Below the pieces are notes generated by a model. That model saw nothing but the letters and a program-made list of their open reading frames with translations, did no database searches and was not told where the DNA came from. A stretch of 64,000 bases of DNA from Stegostoma tigrinum (Eukaryota). This document shows positions 14,001 through 25,520 of the stretch, piece by piece (position 1 is the first letter of the stretch; every line of letters begins with the position of its first letter). The translations under genes and the position numbers were made by a program. The stretch spans positions 39,974,200-40,038,199 of the forward strand of contig NC_081363.1 of NCBI RefSeq assembly GCF_030684315.1, in the 5' to 3' direction.

Positions 14001-14448
14001 ACCGGAAACCTAAGCAAAAAAGCTATTTATGTTGCAAAGCATTTATCCACATTATTACTGGCTTACAATCGTAATTTTATATTTGCTCCTGCAAAGAAAA
14101 GGAAAAGGTAATTTATCTCTACATGGAACATTTTTGGTGCTTTTTTTTCCCTAGAAAGCTTCCTTTTCAAATTGTTTCTCCACCCCCCCCCCATATTTTC
14201 CAACCCATAATACTTCATGCAAGTCTTGCAGAGATTAAATTTCTTCAACCTCTCATTTCTCCCCATGAATTTTTCAGACACAAGATAATGATTATCCCAC
14301 ATGATTTGACAATAGAATATTTTTGTTAAACCAGGTCCATGCTTGTGATGGATGACATAATTATAAACAAAACTTGCTGTTAACATTGTACAATACAGCC
14401 TTAAATTATATAACATAACTCAAAGGACATGGTAGCATGGTAGCACCA

Positions 14449-14745
14449 GGCGACACGGTGGCTCAGTGGTTAGCACTACAGCCTCACAGCGCTAGGGACC
14501 TAGGGTTTGATTCCGGCCTCGGGCGACTGTCTGTGTGGAATTTGCACATTCTCCCCCTGTCTGCATGGGTTTCCTCCCACAGTCCAAAGATGTGCAGGCT
14601 AGGTGGATCAGCCATGCTAAATTGCCCGTAGTGTTCAGGGGTGTGTGCGTTATAGGGGGATGGGTCTGGGTGGGATGCTCCAAAGACTCAGTGTGGATTT
14701 GTTAGGCCGAAAGGCCTGTTTCCACACTGAAAGGAATCTGATCTA
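14449..14745 (+). mobile_element. HE1-like tRNA-derived V-SINE
   Basis: Box A TGGCTCAGTGG, box B-like GGTTTGATTCC, V-domain, LINE-type tail GGCCGAAAGGCCTGTTTCC. Confidence 0.88.
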
Positions 14746-15211
14746 ATGGCAGTTTATAGACCGACATTTTCCTAGCTACCATCAATTGCAACGAAGGGTC
14801 ACAGACCTAAAACATTAACTCTGGTCTTTTCTTCACAGATGCAGTCAGACCTTCTGAGCTTTTCCCGCAACTTGTGCTTTTGTTCCTAATTTACAGCATC
14901 AGCAACTCTTTCTGTAATGAGGTGGTACAGTATTTGTGAAATACTGCTCCACAAATCCAATAGCTCATTGAAATTGCATGTGATTAGACTTAAACCCACT
15001 CGAGCACATAATTGATACAGTATGTTGCTACACTGTCAAAGGCGTTCAGCTTTTTAAGATTTGAAAAAAAAGCCCATTTGCCTACATAAATGGATGTGAA
15101 ACATCACATAGCATATTATTTGGAGGGCGAGAGTTCTTTCGGTGCCCTGGCTAATCAATCATTTATCTCCCTTTAACGGTTATCGTTGCTTATAAGCAAT
15201 TATGAAACCAA

Positions 15212-15341
15212 TGATAACAAGGTGTGGAGCTGGATGAACACAGCAATCCAAGCAGGAAAGCTACGCTTGACCTGCTGCATTCATCCAGCTCCACACCTTG
15301 TTATCTCGGATTCTCCAGCATGTGCGGTTCCTATTAGCTCT
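15212..15341. mobile_element. Palindromic PLE mini-element (family A) inside a DeuSINE remnant
   Basis: GATAACAAGGTGTGGAGCTGGATGAA and TTCATCCAGCTCCACACCTTGTTATC arms. Confidence 0.8.
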
Positions 15342-15719
15342 GCTTGTGAACTATGTTGCGCTCTTATACGTTTTCCTACTTAACAGCGGAAACTACATTT
15401 CAAACGGACTTCTTCATCTGTCACATCTCGTGGAAGTTATGAAAGTCGCTATATAATTGCAGATTTTGTCTTCCCATCAATTCCTGTATTTCTCCCACAA
15501 TTATTAACATAGAAGCTCAAAACGACGAATTAGAAGTTGATGCTCACTACACATCTATACTGTTTATATAACTGCTGGAAACGTGTCGACACCGCAGCCG
15601 ATTCTTCTAGAAACTTGAACTGACCCGTCTCACCCAACAGTATTGAGACAATGGCTCTCAATTTCACAATCTCTCTCGGCCACATGATGCAATCAGCCTC
15701 AAAACCTGCCACAGATCAA

Positions 15720-16012
15720 CCAACCGGCACACCAATCCACTCTCGCGAGATCACCACCTCTTCCTCGCGACCCCCCCCCCCTTATCTTCAGAGCCCTGCG
15801 TACTGACGTCACTCTGAATGACAAGCCGCTCGATCACGTACAACAAAAGCCCCAGGGACGGTTTTCCAATGAGAAAGCTAGTAGCTGCGCAACAGCCAAT
15901 CGTAGCGTGGGCTTGGGGCGGGCCCTATGTGCTATCAAGCTAGATTGAGCTGACTGACTGGCGTCGATATAGAAAGGCGTTTTTTGTGGTTTGTAGGGCA
16001 AACGTCGTGGAG
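15720..16012 (+). promoter_or_regulatory. EIF5: EIF5 promoter (5' part of CpG island) and probable short first non-coding exon ending at 16012
   Basis: TCTCGCGAGA 15741-15750, CRE TGACGTCA 15804-15811, CCAAT at 15732, 15866 and 15896, GC box 15915-15924, TATA-like TATAGAAAG 15968-15976, donor AG|GTGAGC at 16013; CpG-rich to ~16800. Confidence 0.8.
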
Positions 16013-16147
16013 GTGAGCGTAGCGGAAGGAGTAGAGCGGGCGGGCGAGCTCGTTAAAACAATTTATTCGGGCCAAATGATAAGAATTAAGGCGGAAATTG
16101 GGGCTGTTTAGGATTCACGTTGACTTTGTGATTTTTCTCGCTCACAG

Positions 16148-16304
16148 ATTGCCGCAAACGAGGGCGTCTCGCTCCACCGACGGGCTTTTTTATTTGTTGC
16201 GCAGAGAAGGACTTCGGCGTCTCGGCACCGTGACGTGCCGTCCAGTAGTTCACCATATCCAAGAGCGATTAGGCTTGTGTTTATGTCTTTGTTTTGTGAA
16301 AACG
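16148..16304 (+). other. EIF5: EIF5 5'UTR exon carrying uAUG1
   Basis: Pyrimidine tract plus cAG acceptor (16146-47), donor G|GTAAGG; its only ATG (16283, TTTATGT) splices in frame into the uORF of the next exon. Confidence 0.75.
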
Positions 16305-17398
16305 GTAAGGTTCTGCGTACGAGGGATGTAACTTAATTTAGGATATGGTAAAGTAAATGATCGGTAACTGAAATGTGCTGGAAAAGCTGGATGAAGCGTT
16401 ACTCAAAATGGCGCCGTACGGTCCCGGCTGGGACTGAGCGATTCCCTCCCTCGCCCGTGTGACGCAGTCTGCACCACTTTTCGGAAGGCTCCTGACTTGT
16501 ACTAGGAGCCCGCGGTGGCACCCTCCCGAATGGTGTAATATCGCAGCTCGTTTCTCGAGGAGCACCCGTAGATGGTTAGCCGCTAAGAAGCGTTTATTTA
16601 AAGAAGGCAGGATATTTTTCGTTGCCCTGCAACGTAAGGACTACGCATGGTGGCGCTTGGTAGTGACTCACGTGTTGCGGAGACTGTGTGCCTGCACCAA
16701 GCAATGACTCAGCGCTTGACTGCCTCCTCCCCTTAAATGCCACCTGGCTGATCATTTATTATTCTCGTTAGTCTTCGTTCGTGCCATCAGCTGAAGTGCA
16801 CTTATTTCCAATGTTTACAACAGATCAGTACCTGTCACAGTTGGAATACGTGACTGAACACTGGGTGAAATCTGAGTTTTTGGTTGAATTACCGTAAATG
16901 CTATACTATCTGACTTGTAACTTCTAGGCTTTGATTTAATGCATATGCATATGCATTAATGATAAGATGCATGTCTTTGCTTCCTTGTTTAAAGAAACAA
17001 CAGTCTTTATAGTTTTGTTTGAAACAATGACTGTAGAATATGATGCAAATTCATAAATGCATCCATGCAGAGTGTTTAAGTATTTTCTACCTAACATCTC
17101 TTTATTTCTCTCTCTTGTAACTACAGAGCTGTTGCGCAGCCGTTGGTACCTGTGTCGGGGAAACCTAACCAACAAACGGGGAACTTGCAGCCTAAGTGGC
17201 GCAAACTTTTTCATGTCAGAGACCGAGTACACTTGCAATTGTTTATGTCATCCATTCTTCTTCAGACAGAAGATACCAAAAAATTCCATTCAAAGATCTT
17301 TTCACTTTACTCATAAATCTAATAGTAAACCAGAATGGCTGTCAACGTCAATCGCAGTGTGTCTGACCAATTCTATCGGTACAAAATGCCCCGTCTGA
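16283..17398 (+). promoter_or_regulatory. Inhibitory overlapping uORF of EIF5 (spliced 16283-16304 + 17127-17398, 97 aa; internal uAUG2 at 17213)
   Basis: MSLFCENELLRSRWYLC...FFMSETEYTC...GTKCPV*; out of frame with the main AUG and overlapping the CDS by 64 nt; both AUGs have U at -3 and +4. Confidence 0.8.
17245..17316 (+). promoter_or_regulatory. EIF5 uORF from uAUG3 (23 aa)
   Basis: TTTATGT context; MSSILLQTEDTKKFHSKIFSLYS-TAA, ending 18 nt before the main AUG. Confidence 0.8.
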
Positions 17399-17406
17399 TT
17401 GCTAAG
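17335..17406 (+). CDS. EIF5: EIF5 coding exon 1 (exon starts at 17127 with 5'UTR)
   Basis: AGAATGG strong Kozak; [24 protein letters not shown] includes the GAP arginine R15; donor GTAAGA at 17407. Confidence 0.97.
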
Positions 17407-20400
17407 GTAAGAGTAATTGGAAATGTTTGAATTAGTTTTAATGTGGAGCTTGACTGTCAAAAGCTAAAATGTGATTTGTTTTTTTCTTAGGTTGAGGGCA
17501 AAGGGAATGGTATAAAGACAGTAATAGTCAACATGGTTGATGTTGCCAAGGCGCTTAATCGGCCTCCAACGTGTAAGTATTAAATAATTCTTTTTATTTA
17601 GAGACCACACAACTGTCCATCTCTAATTGGAAATTGTATTAGTCAATTTTCTTAAGCATTCTGCATGGATACATGTAACAACTTTCGCTATTAAAATCTC
17701 ACTACCTGTTTTCTTAGACTAGACAGCTAAATCTGCTGATTAACTTATGCCATATATTGGTAGCTTTTAATGAAAATTTAGTAGAGAATAGTAATGGTTG
17801 AAACCCGGCCCATAACAATGGCTCACTGAACCTGGATCTTCTCTAGAATTTCCCATTAACCTATTCTTGATCAACTTCCCTCTTTGTAAAAGGAATATGT
17901 ACTTCAATATCAGTTCTCTAGCTTACTCCATCCCTGGAAAAGGCTTGATGGATAAGGGCACAAATTTGCCCAAAATAACAAGTGAACAGTTGATTTTTGT
18001 GAGATAGGCTTTGTTCTCTTGAAATAACTGTATTAATTGACTGCCAAATCTCAATTTGAGGGTGGAGGTGATCCTTGGCTGTGAATGTGCTATGGAGCAC
18101 ATCTGTACAACTTTTTGAAACAATAAATCTATTGCACCCTGACTTTTTTTAACTTTTTAGCACTATGTACTTACAACAAATAGATTTTAGTGGGTGAATT
18201 GCTGAAGGACAAAAGCAGTTTGTCCAGATGCCTCAGTTTTTATTTTAGACTGCTGTATTATGTAGGTTGGAAGCATGTGGTCTACAATATAATTGAGGTA
18301 CTTTCATGACTGCAGGTGAACATCCTGCAAGGCCCTGGTCCTCTGTCCTAGTGCAGAAAATGGGAATCACTGAATTAAATCTTTGTTATTAGCAGTTGGT
18401 AAAAGTCAGCTGTACTGTCGTATCTTGGCTGAGCTGAAGGGTCACTGTTTAAAGTTGAGAAGTTTTTAAAAATCAAAACAGCATTACACTTAATTTTTTT
18501 TCCAAACATTTTAAATTTTAGATCCCACCAAGTTTTTTGGTTGTGAGCTGGGAGCTCAGACCCAGTTTGATTCAAAGAATGACCGTTATATTGTGAATGG
18601 ATCTCATGAGGCGAATAAGCTGCAAGACATGCTGGATGGATTCATTCGGAAATTTGTCCTTTGTAATGAGTGTGAGAATCCTGAAACTGACCTGGTGAGT
18701 GTTCAGTAAAGCTGAAATACTATTGGCTAGTATAGCACGCTGTTATTTGCAGCATGATTAAAACCAGTTGAAGGTAAAGTTAGCTATAGAAAGCTTGGTT
18801 CACTTTATGCCGCTTTTGTTCATAGATTTGTGCACAGTCTTGATCTCTCTCTCTTTCTCAAGCTGCACCATCTCACAAAACTTGTGCATTCCATTCCTGC
18901 GGTTCTTCAGTCTTTGCAGCCTTCCATGCTCCTCTTTTCTGTCACCTGAGGCTGCCTTCCTAATGTTGAGGGCCACTATCATGTCTAATAGACTTTTATG
19001 TAATAACACTTTCAAGGCCCTGTTCAACTACCTTCCAATTTTCCTTTCTCTCCAGCGTGAGACCACTAACACATGCATTATTATTTCAAGCAGGATCTCT
19101 TTTCCATCACAAGTGAAACCGCTTGTAACTTGTATACAAGTTTTGTTGTTCAGGGATCATCTGTTAACAGACTGGCTGGTCACTTTGTACTGTGTCCCTG
19201 GTGAGGCCACAGACATGGCCCCAAGATTTTTTGCCACTTTTTTCTTTAAAATGCTCTACCTTGTTAGTGCTTTCTATTCTGTGACCTGAGGTGCTCCTAT
19301 TGAAAGCTTAAAACAAGCTTGAGAAACAGATCTTCCATCCCTGGCTCTGCACTCCATAACCTTCAAGTTCTAATTTTTTTTTTCTAGCAGTCCCACTTGG
19401 CCCAACAAGTCCACTCCAAGTATCCCAACCAGACCATCCTTGCTCTATCCCTTTGACGCTGCATTTCCTATGGCTAATGCATCTAACCTACTCCTGAACA
19501 CTGTGGGTACTTTAACATAACCAGTCCACATGCACATCTTTGGACCACCTGGTGGAAACCCACGTAGACATGGGGAGTGTGCACACTCCACAGTCACCCA
19601 TGGGTGACACAAACCTGGGTCCCTGGTGCTGAGGCAGCAGTGCTAAACACTGAGCCATCCCTCTTTAAGCAACAACATTGCAGATGGCAGAATTCAAAAT
19701 TAACCACAATGGATTTCTAATCCGTCACCTTTTAACCTGTTGGCAGTGACCACAACCACTTGACTTTGACTTCTATTGTCTCCTGTATTTTCAGGTTTTG
19801 AATTTGTGGCTGCTGTTCAGGTGTTTATCTCTTATCTGGCTGCTAACATGGCATGCTGCTTTCTCTTTTACCTGAGATTTTTCTTGGTTTTGCCTCTCTT
19901 GCTACCTCCCCAGTTAGAGGGAACTGTTATTGTTCTGTTATGTATTTAAACTGAGTTCTGTAAATTATAAATTTGACTTGCAATTTTAAGACTGCATCAA
20001 GATGTATGATTTTAATTTTTCAGCATGTCAACCCAAAGAAACAAACTATCGGTATTTCTTGTAAAGCCTGTGGATACCGAGGCATGCTTGACACACGCCA
20101 TAAGCTCTGCACATTCATTCTTAAAAATCCACCTGGTAAGTTTTTTTGGGTTTAGTGTGCTGTTGTTTGTTTTTTGGATAACATTTGAAGTGCAAACCAA
20201 AAGTCCTTAAGATATTTGACATAAGGATATCTGTTCCAGAAAATGGAGATGGTGGTTCAGCCAAGAAAGAAAAGAAAAACAAAAAGGGCAAAGACAAGGA
20301 AAATGGATCAGTACCTAATTCGGAATCATCCACCCACAATGAGTTTGATGCACCGGAGGCATTGGTAACTTTTTTTCTACATAGGGATTTACAGTACGTC

Positions 20401-23400
20401 CCAAGCAAGCTATTTCAGCTGTCAGCACCCAACGATAAGCATGTTCCTAATCCCTCTTCCTGCTGGTTTGCAGTTCAGGGTTTTTTGGATGTTTTATCCA
20501 GTTTAGCTTTGGAAAGCTGTGATTATTATTTCTTTGTATATTTCCCCCTCAGGAACAATATATATGCTAGATTTTAACACCTCCTTCAACCTGACCTACC
20601 ATCCTCACCGCATGGCTTGCACACAATGTAGTTTAAGTAAATCTAACTGTTTGATATTCATACGGACTCTGGAAAAGTTAACTGCTTAACTTTTCCGCTA
20701 GGATGGTGAAGATGATGATGATGACTGGTGTGAAGAAACCACGGAGGAAGCCCAGCGGCGTCGAATGGGTGAAATCAGTGAGCATGCCAAAAATTTGACA
20801 CTCAGTGATGATCTGGGGAAAACTTTAGAAGAAAGAGTGAACTTGTTCTACAACTTTGTCAAGGTATTCATTATGTCGTACACTTTCAGCTGTATGGCCC
20901 TAACCCTGCTTTTGCTCTGAAATTCAGTCTTCACTTTTTTCTATTGGCTTCCATCTGTAAAAGTTGAGCAGTATATACAGTAGCATTAAACAGAGCATAC
21001 AGCACAAACAGGCCCATCAGCCCAACTCATCCATGTTAACCAGGTTTCCTAAACTGAACTATTCCTATTTGCTGGTGTTTTGGCCCATATCCCTTGTATC
21101 AATTTTTTCCAAATATTTAAATGTTGTATCATACCTGCCTCTACCAGTCCCTTTTTGGCAGCCTGTTCAAATAGATTAGGTTCCCTACAGTGTGGAAACA
21201 GGCCCTTTGGCCCAACAAGTTCACGTCGCCCCTTGAAGCATTCCCCCCGCCCCGCCATAACCAACACACCCCTGAACACTACAGGCAATTTTTAGCATGG
21301 CTGATCCACTAGCCTGCACATCTTTTGGATTGTGGGAGGAAACCCACACACGGAGAATGTGCTAACTCCACACACAGTCACCCGAGGCTGGAATCGAACC
21401 CGGGGCCCTTGCGCTGTGAAGCTGCAGTGCTAATCACTGAGACACCACCCTCCTGAGGAAAGGAAAAGGGGAGCAACAGTTAGCCCTTGTGTCCCTTTTT
21501 TTAAAATCTTCCCCTCTCCTTAAACCTATGCCCTCTAGTTTTGGACTCCTCAACCCTATGCTCTCTTGTTCTTTTCCTCTTTTGCATCTTTATATCTGGC
21601 AGTAACAGTGGAGTAGGAGGAGAGCATGACATCCCGGCCCCTGTACCCGATGCTGTGACTAGTGAAGTCAAGTGTGCAAAATTTTTTGACTACGCTTTAA
21701 CTTGTCAGTTCCAAGCATTACTTACACAATGTGGTTCTTTGCAATAATTAGAACTAATTGCATTTCATAGAACTACAAAATATTTCTATTGTACTGAAGC
21801 TTGGTTTAGAAGCACAAACAGATCTAATATCAATGATGGAACTCCATCTTTAAATTTAATCACGACTTTGTATTTTCCCATTGTATGGTTGCATTGGATA
21901 TAACTTAATGTCTTTGTTTTTTTGATAATCCAGAAATTGAGTATTAAATTAGTTGGTATTCCACTCTAAAAGCGGGGAAAATGAAGTCTGAAAACTGAGT
22001 GTTGGACAATGTAACTGGCTGTGATATTTTCTTGCAGAAAAAGAAGGAGGAGGGCATTATTGATTCTGCTGATAAAGATCTTCGATCAGAAGCTGAAAGA
22101 TTGGATGTAATAGCTATGGGCCCTCTCATACTGAGTGAACTGCTTTTTGATGAGAACATAAGAGATCAGATCAAGAAATATAAACGACACTTTCTACGTG
22201 TAAGTAACTTCTCCCTCTCCCAAACTGAACAAAGCTGCAAATGCTAGAAATCTGAAAGATTGCTGGAGAAGCTGCTTCAGTCTTGCAGCATCTGTGGAGA
22301 GATGGTAGGAGGGTCTGAAATTCACTGGACTTAACGTTAACTGCCCCATGTTTCACAGGTGCTGCCAGATCTGTTTCCAGCAATTTTGTTTTGCTGTTCT
22401 TTTATAGTAACAATACAAACTTGCATTTGACAGTTCTGCCATGGTAATAAAAAGGCTCAGAAGTATTTACTCGGTGGCTTTGAGTGTCTGGTGAAAATAC
22501 ATCGGGACCAGTTGCTGCCCAGAGTTCCGCATGTGTTGAAGCAGCTTTATGATGCTGATCTCTTGGAAGAAGAGGTTATTCTTGCCTGGGCTGAGAAAGT
22601 AAGTTTGAGCAAATGTGAAAATTACATGTTGCTTATGTACTGTGTAACATAAAAATACAACTACACTAGTAGAAGCCAGGATAGCTGTAATATGCAGCCT
22701 CACTGACTTCATTACTCTATTTGAAATAGTCATGAAGAATTTGGCTGAGGATATCAATCTAGTTTTTAGGGGTGGTTGTGGTGAAAGTCGCAAAGTTTTG
22801 TGTGCTGGTTTTTTAAGCTGGATTCTTCATTCCTGAGACAAGCTGAGATGACTAATTCTGTGCAATGGGGAGCCATTTTTGGTCTCTGATTTCTTTTCAT
22901 ACTTCAGATCACACTGCAGAACCTTGGCTAACAGTGTGAAGCATTAGTCAGTTTTGCTGAGATCTACAGAATTTTAATGCAGAGTAACCAGAATAACTTT
23001 TTTAAAATTATAAACAAGGTCTCCAAGAAGTATGTCCCAAAAGAACTTGCCAAAGAGATACATGCAAAGGCTGACCCATTCATTAAATGGCTAAAAGAAG
23101 CTGAGGAGGAGTCTGAAGAGGAGGAAGATGATGAGAAGGATGTGGAGGTATCTATTTAATTGGGTCCCTTGCAATTTATGAATGTTACAAACACTTGCTG
23201 TCTAATGTGTGCATTGATGTAGATTCCACAATTGATCTGTCATTCAAATTTTGATCTTGGCAGCTCTATCTTGTGGAAATCTGGAGTATTGTGTTGCACT
23301 CACTTAAACTAGTCATGTTTATTTTACAGGTGGTTTATGATAGCTCTGCAAGAGAACTGACAGTGGAAACTGTGAAACCCATTAAGACAAGAGAGGAAGA

Positions 23401-23425
23401 AGATATAGATATTGATGCTATTTGA
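17335..23425 (+). CDS. EIF5: Eukaryotic translation initiation factor 5, whole spliced CDS (10 coding exons, 1278 nt, 425 aa)
   Basis: Exons 17335-17406, 17491-17572, 18522-18694, 20024-20135, 20240-20364, 20702-20863, 22038-22199, 22434-22598, 23019-23147 and 23330-23425 join in frame through GT-AG introns. Protein runs [24 protein letters not shown]...CNECENPET...CKACG...W2/HEAT domain...DIDIDAI*. Confidence 0.98.
17491..17572 (+). CDS. EIF5: EIF5 coding exon 2
   Basis: ttcttAG acceptor; [27 protein letters not shown]; donor GTAAGT. Confidence 0.97.
18522..18694 (+). CDS. EIF5: EIF5 coding exon 3
   Basis: [58 protein letters not shown]; donor GTGAGT. Confidence 0.97.
19395..19658 (-). mobile_element. 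HE1-like V-SINE (older), EIF5 intron
   Basis: Reverse complement of the same family. Confidence 0.75.
20024..20135 (+). CDS. EIF5: EIF5 coding exon 4
   Basis: [37 protein letters not shown]; AG/GT boundaries. Confidence 0.97.
20240..20364 (+). CDS. EIF5: EIF5 coding exon 5 (Lys-rich linker)
   Basis: [42 protein letters not shown]; phase matches both neighbours. Confidence 0.93.
20702..20863 (+). CDS. EIF5: EIF5 coding exon 6
   Basis: [54 protein letters not shown]. Confidence 0.96.
21172..21449 (-). mobile_element. HE1-like V-SINE nested in a CR1 3' fragment, EIF5 intron
   Basis: GGAATCGAACC (box B), CACTGAG (box A), V-domain. Confidence 0.88.
22038..22199 (+). CDS. EIF5: EIF5 coding exon 7
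   Basis: [54 protein letters not shown]. Confidence 0.96.
22434..22598 (+). CDS. EIF5: EIF5 coding exon 8
   Basis: [55 protein letters not shown] (AA-box 1). Confidence 0.96.
23019..23147 (+). CDS. EIF5: EIF5 coding exon 9
   Basis: [43 protein letters not shown] (AA-box 2). Confidence 0.95.
23330..23425 (+). CDS. EIF5: EIF5 last coding exon
   Basis: ttttacAG acceptor; [34 protein letters not shown]. Confidence 0.96.
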   Translation: MVYDSSARELTVETVKPIKTREEEDIDIDAI

Positions 23426-25520
23426 TGTATTCTTACAGGGGACAAATTCAACCTATTAAATCTTTCAGCGGAGAAGTCAGTAATGAAGAAATTCCTGTAT
23501 TTCAATTATAACTGAATTCAGACTCTGCTTTTCAGAGTCTACAGTATGATTCTAACACTTCACTACCACCTCCACCTACCAGTTAGGAACTTTTAAAGCA
23601 TGTCCAAAGTCTAAATGGTAGAATGGTCCTACTATAAATTTGTCAACTTTTTTCTTGTTGCTATTGAGTAACGCTTCAGCAGTTACTGTGCACTTCTACA
23701 GGGATGTAAAATACAAATTAAAGGGGATTGTGTTCTGTATACCAGCACCTGGGTTTTTATTTGGTGTGTAAATGTAACAACCAATTTTCAGATTTTAACT
23801 ATTAAAATCTGAACTAGCTCACTGTATATGGAGGCTATTGCCTCAACTGCCAAGCTGTCTGTAAGATTATATTGCTATTGAGTGCTTCATGACTCAGATG
23901 TCTGCAATGACTAAAGTAACAAAATCCATTATTACAACAAACTTCCTGTACATTGTATTAATCATCTTGGATGATGGGTGAACTTTAGCAGAGCCTGTGC
24001 TCTCTTGCCCACTTAAACATGGGTTTGTGTACCAACAACAGTGTTATTCAGACAGCAGTTTGTGTATTCTAAGCGACAAATTCTGCTTTTTGTGGATGCA
24101 ATCACTGATACTGATGCACGTATGACAGTAGAATTAGTGGAATTTTGATAGGTGGCTTTTGCATTTTTTCACATGGAGTTTAAATGCATGTTTTTGGCAG
24201 TTTTTTGGCATGGTAGTTAATTGAAGTAATTCAATCTTTCAAAAAGCAAATGTTGCAGATACTGGAGATTTGAAATCTTGGATAGATTTGAATTTTGGCC
24301 ACCGATTCTTGTTTCAGTAAAGCCTCTTGACCCAGAATAAGTGGTTTGGTGTTTTTTTGTTTTGAAATTCCCATCTAGTCTGTTTTCTTTAGAAAGTCAG
24401 GTCTTATTTTTAGGATCTAGTTCCTGTAATGTAGTAAAAGTAGAAGGGTTTGGGGGTGGGGGGGGGGGGGTTTGCAAAGACTAAGGTAAATTTACCCTGA
24501 TCTAGGATTGACTTCATATGTGCCTTTTTGATCTTGAGTCTGTACACATTAATCTAAATTTCTTCTAAAATTAGCTACCCTCTAGTTGATTATAAAATGC
24601 AGCTTTTTTTTGAGGAAATTAACTGCACAGTCAGTTCAGTCAGCCACGGCCGCTGTACATCACACTTCTTTACTTCTGCCCATCATTCTAGTAATTATCC
24701 TACATGCACTTGCAAAAAACATGTAGATGTTTACTACTACTCTTTAGAGGTATTGATTGGTCCCAGTAGTACCGTAGTTGTTTTGAGTGAGATTTTGGTA
24801 TGACCTTTGAAAAAAAAAAAGAGGTTTAAGATTTAGTCTGTCCTATTCTATCATAAACTCGTCAGTTTTGGGGTTTGCATTAAAGTTCATTGTCTAGTGA
24901 GATAAATTACTAACGTGGATCACTGGCAGTTTTGCAGCCAAAGATAACAATTTCAGATCTCCGCTGCAATAAGGAATAAAATTTGAAAATTTGAACCCTG
25001 CTACATCTAGTCTCTTGAATTGCTGTGCGTTTTCAAAATTTATCAGTCCTTTGCAAACTTTTATTCAAAAGGCCTGTTTCTGGTGTGTGAAGATCTTCAC
25101 TTGAGGGCTTCTGATTTCAATAATTTTTTTTAAATTAGTTTTCTTTTTAATTCCGAGCATAGCAAATACTTTTTTTCCTTCCACCTGACATGGGAACTTG
25201 TCAGCAGAATTGACTTGGTTTTTCTGAAGGTTTTTTTTTTCAAGTTGTAGTGACCTTATTGTTACTATGGTCTGCAAGAGTTACTCTTCTAAAAATAGAC
25301 ATGGTATGGGATTGTGGTAGGGACCTACATTTGTTTCAATACTTCAGACAAGGCACAACAGCACATGTATATCAAAAATTTAAATCTCTTAAGCTGGCCT
25401 CCCTTCACTTCAAGTTGTGTTGTTGTTGTTTCATCCTTAAATGTCATAGAGCATGAGTGCAAAGCCAATTGAAATTATTCTTGTAGAAACATTGCATGTG
25501 AATAAAGTTAGCTTTTGGTG
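23426..25520 (+). other. EIF5: Probable long EIF5 3'UTR with alternative polyA signals
   Basis: Largely repeat-free AU-rich stretch after the stop; ATTAAA 23801, AATAAA 24975 and 25501 followed by GT/T-rich sequence; true end unknown. Confidence 0.5.

Noticed and set aside
18768-19289. 173-aa ORF in an EIF5 intron
   Set aside because: TTG start, no recognisable domain; probably a decayed repeat
17573-23018. Intronic snoRNA SNORA28, which human EIF5 hosts
   Set aside because: Only a short TGAGACAAGC match near 22834; no convincing H/ACA double hairpin seen by eye. Needs an Infernal search.
24451-24470. Poly-G run (also poly-C at 52444-52460) as a functional G-quadruplex
   Set aside because: Simple homopolymers of unreliable length; no supporting evidence
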